The notes under the pieces: generated by a model
What the model was told of the DNA's origin: nothing
Seen by the model: the letters and a program-made list of their open reading frames with translations, nothing else
The model's database searches: none
DNA from: a virus
IMG/VR virus record: IMGVR_UViG_3300045988_025287
Span: 37,747 to 101,746 of that record
Length of the DNA stretch: 64,000 bases
Direction: 5' to 3' (one strand)
Shown here: one piece after another, positions 16,186-25,686 of the stretch
How the letters are laid out: every line of letters begins with the position of its first letter
Position numbering within the stretch: position 1 is the stretch's first letter
Program-made: the position numbers and the translations under genes

Positions 16186-18291
16186 TGATAATAACCGTAT
16201 AATAAATACTATAATTATATCACAGTTCGAGAGGAGTAAAACTATAGCGTAAATCACTCCGAGGAAGTCATGCGGTAAGGTATATAATAATACTGGTCGC
16301 ACCTGTCAGGGAGTTTGGAATCATTTCTCCATAGCCCGAAAAGTTACATGATCCGAGAATATGTTAGCAGCTAAAACTGTGAGATTACTCAAAAGGTAGG
16401 ATGTTAGCTTATGTAATTGAAAACTACATAAGAGGGGATAAGCGTGTACAATCCTCATTAGGAAGTGAGAACCGTTTGGAGACTTCTAAAGACGCAGTAC
16501 TAAAGAGAAGACACACTGAGTGCTAAACAGTACAAAGGGAACGAAATCCCTATATCCGTATTAGTTTATCAAAAGCAGAATCAAAAAGGGATATAAACAC
16601 GATGACGAAACAGGGACAATACGGTTCCTGACTTATTCCTTTGGAAAGAATAAGTAAAGCCGAGAGGCAAAGGTTAGTTTCACCTTAAGAAGCAGCCAGC
16701 TCGTGGAAAAAAAGAGATTGCAGATAACGCATTACCGGTCTCCAAAATCGGTTAACAAAAGCGCTACTGTGCGTCCAGAAAGGGAAACAGGCTAACTCTA
16801 GTGTTCAGTATACATCAGCTGTGATGCAATATGCAATTGTGGATATTGGAACTTATACTTATGAAGGGAGTAAACTACTAATACTAATGTAAGGATAACC
16901 GTGTTATGGTACATACTTATACAAAGTAAGGATATGAAAGCTGGAAACGCAATGATCCAAGAATTAAACGTGCAAACGTTAAAGCTTGACTGATTAACGT
17001 GGAGCAGGAGCCAATCCTGTACATTATCGTAAATAGTGTGCTGTAAAAGAACTTACGTATAAGGGATGAGGTATATGAGATTGATACCATCTTTCAAGTC
17101 TAAGGTGACTCATGAGTTTTGTCGTGTAGATGAGTATAATGTATGAGAAATGACGAGACTAAAATATAATAGTCTAAAATGCGAGTATGAGGGCGCTATA
17201 ACCCTGAACTTAGAAGCGGACACCTTTAGCAAGTGTTATTACGTGGTAATAAATAAGATTAGGAGATGCAGAGAAAACTCCTTGTAAAAAACGGCAGAGC
17301 TTAAGCATTTCAAGATATGTAAATGCCTTTGATTTATTATGCTAGTTCACACCAGAATTTTGGATAATAAACATCGTTATGGATTAAGGAAGTAAATAGA
17401 GTTATTAAAGATGCTTTAGAGTTAGAATCCTAAAACCAGTTTAGTAATAATTATAGTATATGATGATATACTTAATGAATCAATTTTACTTACGCTGAGT
17501 AGAGTCAGCTATGACAAAATGAACTCTAATTATTTAACTTTTTAATTAATTGGGAAGTCCAATGATAGTACAGAGATTTCAAACTACTATTGTAAAGTAG
17601 GAGTTAAGGAGTACGAGTCACCCCGACTGCCAACCGACATTGCTGACTGTTAAGACACTCGTAAAGTACAATGCGCAACATTGTATGTGAGAGAACGCTG
17701 AGTCGTTAGTTACCTGTGTTGTTTCTTACACTGTCTCTGTAAGGGCAATAGTACACTTATGATGAAAGTATTCCATAAGCAAACAAGGAGACGATGATAG
17801 GTGGAAATCCTAATGTTCGTGCAGTATAAACAAACAAATCCTGGAAATGGTATAGATGGGTCATGCTATAAGCAATGAGTCTATGATTTTAGTAATGTTA
17901 GATTAAACAACCGTAATTCTAGCGAATTTCGATAATATCCGGACATACTCAGTAGGTTCTAAGGAACTGATGATAAAGTGGCTTATATCGCATCTAATCG
18001 CGTTATACGCTTACGGTGAGGGGTGCGTTAAGCATCGAAGGAATTGAATCTTAACCGTCGAAACGGGACGTTAAAACAAAAAATATCAGAAATTATCAGA
18101 AGTAACTCACAGAGTATTTCTCATAAATTTTCAATTTATTATTTTTATGCTTAGTAGATTATGTGATTGAGTTCACCTATTCCAATTTTGAATAGCTATT
18201 AAATAATCGAACGGTGGAGAGACTTTAACAATTTTTTGTATAACTATGTTCGTATTGGTATATCAAGTACGGACTCAAAAAGGAACATTTT
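16186..18291 (+). ncRNA. 2.1 kb ORF-free, purine-rich, hairpin-dense island (candidate giant structured RNA)
   Basis: No ORF of 60 aa or more in six frames. TAA, TGA and TAG all recur in every frame I sampled, so recoding does not rescue it. Many short perfect hairpins, several GAAA-capped: ATGTA-ATTGAAAAC-TACAT, GGGA-ACGAAA-TCCC, CTTATTC..GAATAAG, AGACTA..TAGTCT. Ends with the GACGTTAAAA motif (18067). Confidence 0.4.
18084..18101 (+). promoter_or_regulatory. phased TATCAGAA repeats (2 copies, 10-nt spacing)
   Basis: TATCAGAAATTATCAGAA is identical to 26224-26241. Lies about 190 nt upstream of the 18292 ATG. Confidence 0.4.
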
Positions 18292-18918
18292 ATGGAAAAT
18301 AATATTAATGGAGCTAACACTCCGGGTTTAGCAGCTCAAATTTTAGCTCGCTATCGGCAAACAGCCCAGAAGTTTGGGCCTTTCTTTGGACAGCAGATAT
18401 TTACAATCGTAGCACAGACTCCTGACCTTAAGTGGAAAGAAGATGTAGCTACAGGTAAGAATACTTTCCGTCAGGAAGTAAAAGCTTATATTCTCAAGGC
18501 TATTGATGTTGAGTCAGTTAGTTTACTTGAGAAGGATGTTGATGGACGTCCGAAAATCATCTTGAATGAAAAGAAGAATGATCCATCATTAGTTTTTGAG
18601 CTTGCTGATCCTGAATTTACTAAAGCAACCCGGCAGAATGTAATTGAATGTATTGAACGGTTGAGTAAACCAGGCTCTAAGCCTATGTTCTTTACAGCTG
18701 AAGAACTTCCTATGTTGAATGACTTAACTAAGTTATCCAACCAGAGTGTGTTGAACTTCTATGAAGAAATGACACGTAAGTGTATGCAGTTAGCTGAAAC
18801 TGTCCGTGGTTATATGGATATGAATCAGCGTATGCAGGTTGAGTATTTACGGCAGTGCGGTTTAGATAATCAGGAAACTGAAATTCACGTAACTGCTACA
18901 ATTACTGAAGAAAAATAG
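18292..18918 (+). CDS. hypothetical protein (208 aa), terminated by TAG-TAG
   Basis: ORF track. Stops at 18916-18921 are TAG TAG. Same frame as 18928..19491. Confidence 0.6.
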   Translation: MENNINGANTPGLAAQILARYRQTAQKFGPFFGQQIFTIVAQTPDLKWKEDVATGKNTFRQEVKAYILKAIDVESVSLLEKDVDGRPKIILNEKKNDPSLVFELADPEFTKATRQNVIECIERLSKPGSKPMFFTAEELPMLNDLTKLSNQSVLNFYEEMTRKCMQLAETVRGYMDMNQRMQVEYLRQCGLDNQETEIHVTATITEEK

Positions 18919-18927
18919 TAGAAGCTT

Positions 18928-19491
18928 ATGAACGGCAGACTTTCTTCATTACGTGTAGAACTTCTGCGAATTCTAATATGTTCTGAGCCAGCCATATTGT
19001 CTAAAATTCAGATTTGGAATGGAGGACGTACAGAAACGCCTAAAAAAGTAAGTATTAGAGAAGATGGACGGGTCTTCCTATTTTACGGAAGTGGGCCATT
19101 ATGGTGGCAAAGATTATTTAATACTTATGAATCGGTAAGTATTATAGATGCTTCTATTAGTATAGCAGATGCAATCACTGGGTCGAATTCGACTCGAAAT
19201 GAATTTGCTTTTAACGAGATTACTAAGAGTATAATCGACGAAGCAAAGAAACGTAAGGATTTCGATTGTATTGTTGATATTTTGTTTGATTGTATGAGGA
19301 ATTGTTCAGATGGGGAACTACATTCCAAATGGATTAATCAAGAGAATATCAAAAAATATGCAAGAGAAAATGGTATAACCAATGTTGAAGACATTAACCT
19401 TGAAGGGCTTAATGGAATAGTTGGAATTAAGACTGGTGGACGGGTTATTCCTATAGTACTCGGCCAGTTAAGAAAATTTAGAAAATATTGA
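18928..19491 (+). CDS. hypothetical protein (187 aa), possibly the C-terminal part of a TAG read-through fusion
   Basis: ORF track. In frame with 18292..18918 across TAG TAG AAG CTT ATG. Confidence 0.55.
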   Translation: MNGRLSSLRVELLRILICSEPAILSKIQIWNGGRTETPKKVSIREDGRVFLFYGSGPLWWQRLFNTYESVSIIDASISIADAITGSNSTRNEFAFNEITKSIIDEAKKRKDFDCIVDILFDCMRNCSDGELHSKWINQENIKKYARENGITNVEDINLEGLNGIVGIKTGGRVIPIVLGQLRKFRKY

Positions 19492-19584
19492 TTTGGATAT
19501 TATCTTAAAACAACATAATTTCATAGTACTGAACTGGGTACTATTTATAGTAATTACTGCTGAATTGGGCAGTTATTACTACAC

Positions 19585-19658
19585 AGTTCCTTAGCTCAAC
19601 TGAATAGAGCAACACACTTCTAATGTGTAGGTTATGGGTTTGAATCCCATAGGAACTA
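19585..19658 (+). tRNA. tRNA-Arg(UCU)
   Basis: Canonical 74-nt cloverleaf: AGTTCCT/AGGAACT, D arm GCTC..GAGC, anticodon arm ACACA-CTTCTAA-TGTGT, T arm ATGGG-TTTGAAT-CCCAT. Confidence 0.85.
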
Positions 19659-19713
19659 CTACTGGTAGATGTAGTTTGGTCGAGTATTTAACATTTAAAA
19701 AACATTAATCAAT

Positions 19714-20241
19714 ATGAAATCAATTACATCAATATATTTGCTCGGAGATAAGAATAAAGGTAAAATCGGTCGTATTAAGGAAATTTCTAATGAAATTACT
19801 TTCTATTGGAATAAGATTAAAGAAGAAAATGTTATTCCGAAAGAAGCTAAACGTAATTATGACTTAAAAGCATTACTTCAGAAGATTGAAGCTCTATCTG
19901 AAGAACGTATATTATTAAAACTGTATATGCAGTGTATTAATATGGGTTATAAGAAGTTTACAGAATTACCAAAGGATAATAATTATCTTAATATCTTTAC
20001 TTTATGTGAAAAGACTGAACAGCTGTTTCATTTAAGTAAGATCAAGACTCTTGATCCGAAGCTTAAGCGTTCTAAAGGAAAGAAGAACTTAGATAAAACT
20101 GAAGAACTTACTTCAGCTTATATTGCAGGTCTAAAAAATAAATTACAATTAGAAATTAACAAAATTAATAAAGATATTACAGATTTTAATGAGAAGGCAG
20201 AGCTTAACATTGAAGCTCCAGCTTTATCATTAGCTGCATAA
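19714..20241 (+). CDS. hypothetical protein (175 aa)
   Basis: ORF track. Confidence 0.55.
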   Translation: MKSITSIYLLGDKNKGKIGRIKEISNEITFYWNKIKEENVIPKEAKRNYDLKALLQKIEALSEERILLKLYMQCINMGYKKFTELPKDNNYLNIFTLCEKTEQLFHLSKIKTLDPKLKRSKGKKNLDKTEELTSAYIAGLKNKLQLEINKINKDITDFNEKAELNIEAPALSLAA

Positions 20242-20246
20242 ATAAT

Positions 20247-20274
20247 GTTTAAAGGGGGAATCCCCCTTTAAACT
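20247..20274 (+). terminator. perfect 28-nt palindrome hairpin
   Basis: GTTTAAAGGGGGAT/ATCCCCCTTTAAAC immediately after the stop of 19714..20241. No T-run. Confidence 0.45.
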
Positions 20275-20302
20275 AGTATTAACAATTTAATTATCAAAAA
20301 TT

Positions 20303-21094
20303 ATGAAAAAGATATTAGCAAAGAAAAATAATAGAACCGGTATAAAGAACCATAGAAGTAACAAGAATAAGTTTCGTAGAAGCTATAAGGCTTATCAAAT
20401 AATGACGGTAAGCAAGAAACCGGGACCATCTGGAGTCATTAAATATGACGAGAATGGGAAAGTAATAGGATTTGTAAAGTGGGCAGGAAATAAGAAGCAA
20501 TCTGAATATACCACTAAAGTAGCAAAAGACGCTATGAATGAAAACAAATCTATAAAACAATCTAAAAAAGAATTAATCAAGAATATTCTTATGAAAGCAG
20601 GATATGATCCTACAATACGATATACCCGTAAAGAGAAGAAACATTTTACGCGTATAGTTAAGAACAATATGTTCACTAAACCTAAAGCTATTACGTTAAC
20701 AACTGAACAAATCAAAGAGAAGATAAAAGCAGATAAACTTGCAAGAAAATCTATGCAGGCTAAATTTGATGAGTCAGTACGTAGTAATCCTTTAACTCCT
20801 AAGAAAGGTAAACAGACAGCTCCTAGTGCTGCAGAGTTGTCTATTAAAGAAAAGCCTAATAAAAGAAATTTCCAATATGCTATACAAAGAAGATGCTCTG
20901 ATAACGATATGAAAGTATACGATTTTGCTACTGGAAACTTTGAAGCATCTACCAGAGATGAAGCAAAGAATAAAGCTGCTAAATTAGCTAAAAAGTACAA
21001 GAAAGATACATCATTTACAGGAGTAACAGTAAAGGATATTGAAGGAGATAACAGTATAACTTATTATAGTCGTAATAAGTTATTAGCAGCATAA
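20303..21094 (+). CDS. highly basic Lys-rich protein (263 aa)
   Basis: ORF track. Extreme Lys content. No family recognised. Confidence 0.6.
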   Translation: MKKILAKKNNRTGIKNHRSNKNKFRRSYKAYQIMTVSKKPGPSGVIKYDENGKVIGFVKWAGNKKQSEYTTKVAKDAMNENKSIKQSKKELIKNILMKAGYDPTIRYTRKEKKHFTRIVKNNMFTKPKAITLTTEQIKEKIKADKLARKSMQAKFDESVRSNPLTPKKGKQTAPSAAELSIKEKPNKRNFQYAIQRRCSDNDMKVYDFATGNFEASTRDEAKNKAAKLAKKYKKDTSFTGVTVKDIEGDNSITYYSRNKLLAA

Positions 21095-21134
21095 AAAACT
21101 AATAATATTTCTGTTTCCATGTTTTAAACTGGTT

Positions 21135-21205
21135 TCTCATGTAGCTCAGTGGTAGAGCCGCTACTATGTAGTGTGAACGCGTTGGTTCGAGTCCAACCAT
21201 GAGAT
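21135..21205 (+). tRNA. tRNA-like gene with aberrant anticodon arm (identity undetermined)
   Basis: Canonical acceptor TCTCATG/CATGAGA, D arm GCTC-AGTGGTA-GAGC and T arm GTTGG-TTCGAGT-CCAAC. The anticodon region CGCTACTATGTAGTG folds as a 5-bp stem with a 3-5 nt loop, not the 5 bp + 7 nt form. Confidence 0.45.
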
Positions 21206-21227
21206 CTAACTTTTAAATACTTATAAT

Positions 21228-23207
21228 ATGATTATACGAGGAAAGATAGTCTACGTATATGATATTGAGGTATTTCAAAATATCTTTCATTGTTCGGTAA
21301 AAAATACAGAAACAAACGACATCTATAAGTTTGAGATATCAGAGAGGAAAAATCAACTAAGAGAATTAGTTAAATTCTTTAAACAGGTAGATAAATATAT
21401 TACTTGGGGAGATTATTATACTACAAATATTAATATTCCAGCAAATATTATATTCTGTGGTTATAATAACTTGCATTATGATAATCCTATAATCAATTAT
21501 ATAATTGAATATGAAGATAAATTAATGCAATATAATATACCTACTATATGTAGTTCTATATTTAACCTAAGTAAAACTATAACTACTTCGAGTGAAGATA
21601 ATATAGATGCATGGAAGCATTGGAAGTATCAGATATGGTTTGATACTTTTGATATTCTTACTATGTTATATTCTAATAAACTTAGAGTAGGTTTAAAGGA
21701 AATTCAAGTAACAATGCAATATCCTAATGTACAGGAATTTGTATGTGATTGGACTAAACCTCTTCCTTTAGAAGATTTTGACTCTATGATAGATTATAAT
21801 ATTAATGATATTGAATCTACTTCAGAATTATTAAATAGATGTAAGAAAGACATTGATTTACGAATCGCTATTGAAGATGAGTATGGAGTAAGAGTACTTA
21901 GTAAAGATGGCGTAAATATTGGAATAAAGATTTTAACTCAGAAATATCTAGAAAAGACAGGTTTAACTTGGCAGGATATTAAAGATTTAAGATCTCCAAT
22001 GAGTGTAATACCATTGAAAGATGTAATATTACCATTTATTAAATATGATAGCCCTATTCTGCAAAGAGTATTAGATGATATGAAAAATCAGATAGTATCT
22101 CCAGGTAGAAAAGGATATGAGAATAAGTTTGTATTTAATAATTTACGCTATTCTGTAGGAGTAGGAGGTATTCATTCTGTGAATAGTCCTGAAATCATTA
22201 TTCCTAGAGATGATGAAATGCTTATAGATATAGATGTAGCTTCTCTATACCCAAGTATGCTTATAGAATATGAATTCTATCCTAAACATTTAGGTAAAGA
22301 ATTCCTAGAAGTATATAAGCAAATTAAAGATGAGCGAATTGAAGCTAAACACAACGGCGATAAAGTAAAAAATGAAACTTTAAAGTTAGCTTTAAATGGT
22401 TTATCAGGTAACTTACAGAATGAACATAATTTCTGTTATGCCCCCGAAGCTGCTATGAAAATTAGAATCAACGGACAGTTACTATTACTTATGTTAGCTG
22501 AAAAATTAACTCAAATTGGATGCCGAATCGTCCAAGCAAATACTGATGGTTTATTCGTCTTACTAAAGAAAGATATATATTCTAAAGTAAACAGTATTTG
22601 TAGAGAATGGGAACAGCTTACTAAACTTACTTTAGAAGAAGATCGTTTTAAAGCAATGTATCAATATGCTATTAATGATTATTTTGCTATTACTGAAGAT
22701 AACAAAGTAAAAGAGAAAGGAATGTTTATTACTACTGTAAAATTAGGTAAAGGATTAACTCCAAAGATTATACCTAAAGCAGTAATAAGTTTCTTTAAAG
22801 ATGGAATATCAGTTGAAGATACAATTAAGAATTGTACAGATATAAGAGATTTTCTAATGTCTGAGAAAACTGGTAAACAATGGCATGTTGAATATATGAA
22901 CGAGGAGCAACAAAGAACTAATCGTTTCTACGCATCTACTAATGGTGGATACTTGTGGAAATGGAAAGATACTGGTCATAAAGAAGGTGAAATTATAACA
23001 TATACTGAGCCATACGTAGGAGAACGTAAATATAAGGCTTCTGCAAGACAGTATCAGAATATGCTTACTGCATCTGGTGTTACTCTTCTAAATAAATTTG
23101 ATAATAAACCAATTGAAGAAAGAAAGATTAATTATAGGTATTATATTATGGAAGCCTATAAGATAATCAGAGATTTAAAACCGTTACAATTGAGCCTATG
23201 GGATTAA
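21228..23207 (+). CDS. family B DNA polymerase
   Basis: Exo I VYVYDIEVF, Exo II YNNLHYDNPI, Exo III YNINDIES. Motif A DIDVASLYPSMLI, motif B KLALNGLSGNL, motif C QANTDGLFV. Confidence 0.85.
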   Translation: MIIRGKIVYVYDIEVFQNIFHCSVKNTETNDIYKFEISERKNQLRELVKFFKQVDKYITWGDYYTTNINIPANIIFCGYNNLHYDNPIINYIIEYEDKLMQYNIPTICSSIFNLSKTITTSSEDNIDAWKHWKYQIWFDTFDILTMLYSNKLRVGLKEIQVTMQYPNVQEFVCDWTKPLPLEDFDSMIDYNINDIESTSELLNRCKKDIDLRIAIEDEYGVRVLSKDGVNIGIKILTQKYLEKTGLTWQDIKDLRSPMSVIPLKDVILPFIKYDSPILQRVLDDMKNQIVSPGRKGYENKFVFNNLRYSVGVGGIHSVNSPEIIIPRDDEMLIDIDVASLYPSMLIEYEFYPKHLGKEFLEVYKQIKDERIEAKHNGDKVKNETLKLALNGLSGNLQNEHNFCYAPEAAMKIRINGQLLLLMLAEKLTQIGCRIVQANTDGLFVLLKKDIYSKVNSICREWEQLTKLTLEEDRFKAMYQYAINDYFAITEDNKVKEKGMFITTVKLGKGLTPKIIPKAVISFFKDGISVEDTIKNCTDIRDFLMSEKTGKQWHVEYMNEEQQRTNRFYASTNGGYLWKWKDTGHKEGEIITYTEPYVGERKYKASARQYQNMLTASGVTLLNKFDNKPIEERKINYRYYIMEAYKIIRDLKPLQLSLWD

Positions 23208-23264
23208 CAGAGGCTTATCAGATATATTTCAGATAAACCATAAGCTTATATAATATATAAGACT

Positions 23265-23834
23265 ATGATTTTAGAAATAGACACTTCTATCTTAGATAGA
23301 ATACCAAAACTATCTATTAATCAATTAGTATTCCTAACACTTGTATTGAATGATATCAAAACAATCAATCAAGACATTCAGAGACTTCTCAGCCTAGTTA
23401 ATGAAGAAGAAATACAAGAGTTAGAGACTCAAGGTTTAATCTCTATCCAGTATGATAGAGATACTCAAGTCATAAGTAAAACAGAGAAACTAGAAGAACT
23501 TCTTAAAGAAGATAAAGCTATGTTTGATATGTTCTATGACCAATTTCCAGTTTATGTTATGAGACCTGATGGAACTAAAGGATTTCTCAGAGCTAATGTA
23601 AACAAATGTAGGAAAGAATATAACCACATTGTAGGCAAATCTAAAGCAATGCATGAACATATCATGAATTGTTTAAAATACGAAATAGATGAGCGTATGC
23701 GTACAGGTAAAATAGGTTATATGAAAACTATGTGGAAATGGCTCACTCAACGTGAGTGGGAAACTATTGAGGAACAAATGAAAGTAGAAACTCCTAACCA
23801 AAATTACTATAATTATGGAGAATATATCTACTAA
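23265..23834 (+). CDS. hypothetical protein (189 aa), upstream of and overlapping the helicase
   Basis: ORF track. A helicase-loader/replication-organiser role is suggested by position only. Confidence 0.55.
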   Translation: MILEIDTSILDRIPKLSINQLVFLTLVLNDIKTINQDIQRLLSLVNEEEIQELETQGLISIQYDRDTQVISKTEKLEELLKEDKAMFDMFYDQFPVYVMRPDGTKGFLRANVNKCRKEYNHIVGKSKAMHEHIMNCLKYEIDERMRTGKIGYMKTMWKWLTQREWETIEEQMKVETPNQNYYNYGEYIY

Positions 23835-24601
23835 AACACTAACATTTAGACATATATCCTCTGCTACTAACGAAGCAGTAGAATATATTCGTAAGAGAAA
23901 GAATCATGAGATTGTTTCTTTACGTACTAGATGGAGTAAGTTTAATAAATCCTGTATGGGAGGCATTGAACCTAATACTATATATACTATTGTAGGTATA
24001 TCTGGTAGCGGTAAGAGTTCATTTGTAAATACGCTTGAAAGTGATTTAATAGACTTAAATTCTAATCAGGATGTAGTAGTACTTAATTTTTCATTTGAAA
24101 TGTTAAGTTCTAGACAAGTAGGTAGAAAATTGAGCAGTAAGTTAAGGCAAACTACTGCTCAGCTATATAGTTCTAGTAGTGATTTAGACAATACACTATT
24201 AGAAGAAGTAGAACAAACCTCTCAACAGATAAAATCATATCCGATATATTATGTAGATACACCGGGTACTGTTGCAGATATAGCATCTACCATTGATTAC
24301 TTTTATGAGAATAAAGCTAAAGGCAAGAAATTTGTGATTATACTTGATCATACTTTACTTGTTGAAGGGCAAAATCGTGAAAGTGCACTACAAGTGATTT
24401 CCGATTTACAGAAACTGTTTATTAGAGTAAAGAAGTTTCCTGATACTACAATAATACAGTTATCACAGATGAATCGTAATATCGAAAATCCTGAAAGAAT
24501 TAATAATCCATCTATGCATTATCCAATGCGTAGCGATATATCTTCTGCTGATACTATCTTTCATGCATCAGATTACGTTATATGTATTCATAGGCCAGAA
24601 T
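23815..24601 (+). CDS. DnaB-like replicative helicase, exon 1
   Basis: Walker A GISGSGKSSF, Walker B FVIILDHTLL, QLSQMNR. The ORF stops right after IHRPE. Predicted 5' splice site after T24601. Confidence 0.8.
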
Positions 24602-25478
24602 AAATAAAGCTGTTCTGGATAAATCCCGTTAAACGGTGAAAACCCGATGGGGCAACGCCGTACCAAGTTTATATAGAAATATATAAATAGTGTCTAACGA
24701 CTAGTAGTGAAACTACCGCTATTAAAGCTATGTTAATAATTCTACCACGAAAGCGGGAAATATAAACTTATATATTTATTATACGTTCCATATATAGTAA
24801 TAATTAAATATTCTTATATGGAACTATTAATAGACGGAAAGAAAATAAATATTAGAGATAAAAATAGAATAAAAGAAGAAAATAATACTATTCTATTCAG
24901 ATGTACTATATGTGGTAAATATCTACCTATTAGTGAGTTTGAACTTCGATGGAATAATAGTAAAACTGAAAAAAATAATGTAAGATCACAATGTAAACAT
25001 TGTCGTACAGAGGAAAGTAGGCTATACCACTATTATAGAAGAAGGAAATATACTGAACAAGTAGTAAAAGAAAAAATGTTACATTATGATAAACTAAAAC
25101 ATGATTTAGAATATCATAATAAAATAGTATTATATAGATATGCTAAGAACCATTCAAAACGATGTAATATTGAATTTAATATTACTCCTAATGATATAAT
25201 AATTCCTAAAGAATGTCCAATTCTTAAGCATGAGTTTATTTTAAATGATAAACAATATACTTATTCTATTGATCGAATTGACAATAGTAAAGGATATATA
25301 CCTGGAAATATTGCTGTTATTTCAAGATTAGCAAATATAATGAAAAATTGTGCTAACTTTGAACAATTAATATTATTTTCTGAAAATATAAAAGATTATA
25401 TTAAGAAATAGTCTAAACTACACGTATAAGATGAAGGTGTAGAGTGCAAGATAAAGAGCTTGCAGAGAATACAAATTG
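24602..25478 (+). mobile_element. group I intron (about 877 nt) carrying an HNH endonuclease ORF
   Basis: P1: exon CAGAAT pairs with intron GTTCTG (24612-24617), with the U.G wobble at the splice site. CTAACGACTA (about 24695) is identical to the phage T4 td intron P7/R element as I recall it. Its partner ATAGTCT lies at about 25407. GAAA-capped hairpins are present. G25478 precedes an in-frame exon 2. Confidence 0.7.
24818..25411 (+). CDS. intron-encoded HNH homing endonuclease (197 aa)
   Basis: Cys4 pairs CTICGK..CKHC. HNH-type core YSIDRIDNSKGYIPGNIAVISRLANIMKN. Confidence 0.75.
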   Translation: MELLIDGKKINIRDKNRIKEENNTILFRCTICGKYLPISEFELRWNNSKTEKNNVRSQCKHCRTEESRLYHYYRRRKYTEQVVKEKMLHYDKLKHDLEYHNKIVLYRYAKNHSKRCNIEFNITPNDIIIPKECPILKHEFILNDKQYTYSIDRIDNSKGYIPGNIAVISRLANIMKNCANFEQLILFSENIKDYIKK

Positions 25479-25672
25479 TGCTCAATATACAGAGTTATGG
25501 ACCAAATCGTCTACCAGTAAGAGATAAAGTTTATTTGCATATTCTAAAGAATAGAGATGCAGGTGAATGTTCTATACTTGAGTTTGATAATGACCTTAAA
25601 TACAATAACTTAATTGAGACTATACGAGAAGATGAACCAGTAAGGAAGATTTCGTTTAGTAATAACAATTAA
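25479..25672 (+). CDS. DnaB-like replicative helicase, exon 2
   Basis: Spliced product ..CIHRPE-L-LNIQSYGPNRLPVRDKVYLHILKNRDAGE.. restores the usual RPE..(about 20 aa)..K-N-R-x-G helicase C-terminus. The ORF track lists 25460..25672. Confidence 0.7.
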
Positions 25673-25686
25673 AAAGGCTGAAAATT

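Noticed and set aside
17560-18080. RNase P RNA, SRP RNA or hammerhead ribozyme. Hints were GGGAAGTCC, GGTGAGGGGTGCGTTAAG, GAAGCAGCCA and CTGATGA...GAAAC.
   Set aside because: The RNase P-like blocks are in the wrong order and lack the ACAGAAxCCGGCUUA-type element. The hammerhead stem II cannot form (T opposite C at positions 10.1/11.1). The SRP-like decamer lacks the flanking helix-8 context. A covariance-model search is still worthwhile.
16186-18291. Group II intron or a hidden TAG-recoded gene in the 2.1 kb gap.
   Set aside because: There is no GTGYG 5' end, no domain V-like hairpin and no reverse-transcriptase ORF. In the sampled stretches TAA and TGA as well as TAG interrupt each frame I translated.
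19585-19658. tRNA at 19.6 kb as the TAG suppressor. The loop contains TTCTAAT, so CTA could be read as the anticodon in a register shifted by 1 nt.
   Set aside because: The shifted register needs a C.A mismatch and two nucleotides at position 26. The canonical register gives five perfect pairs and anticodon UCU (Arg).
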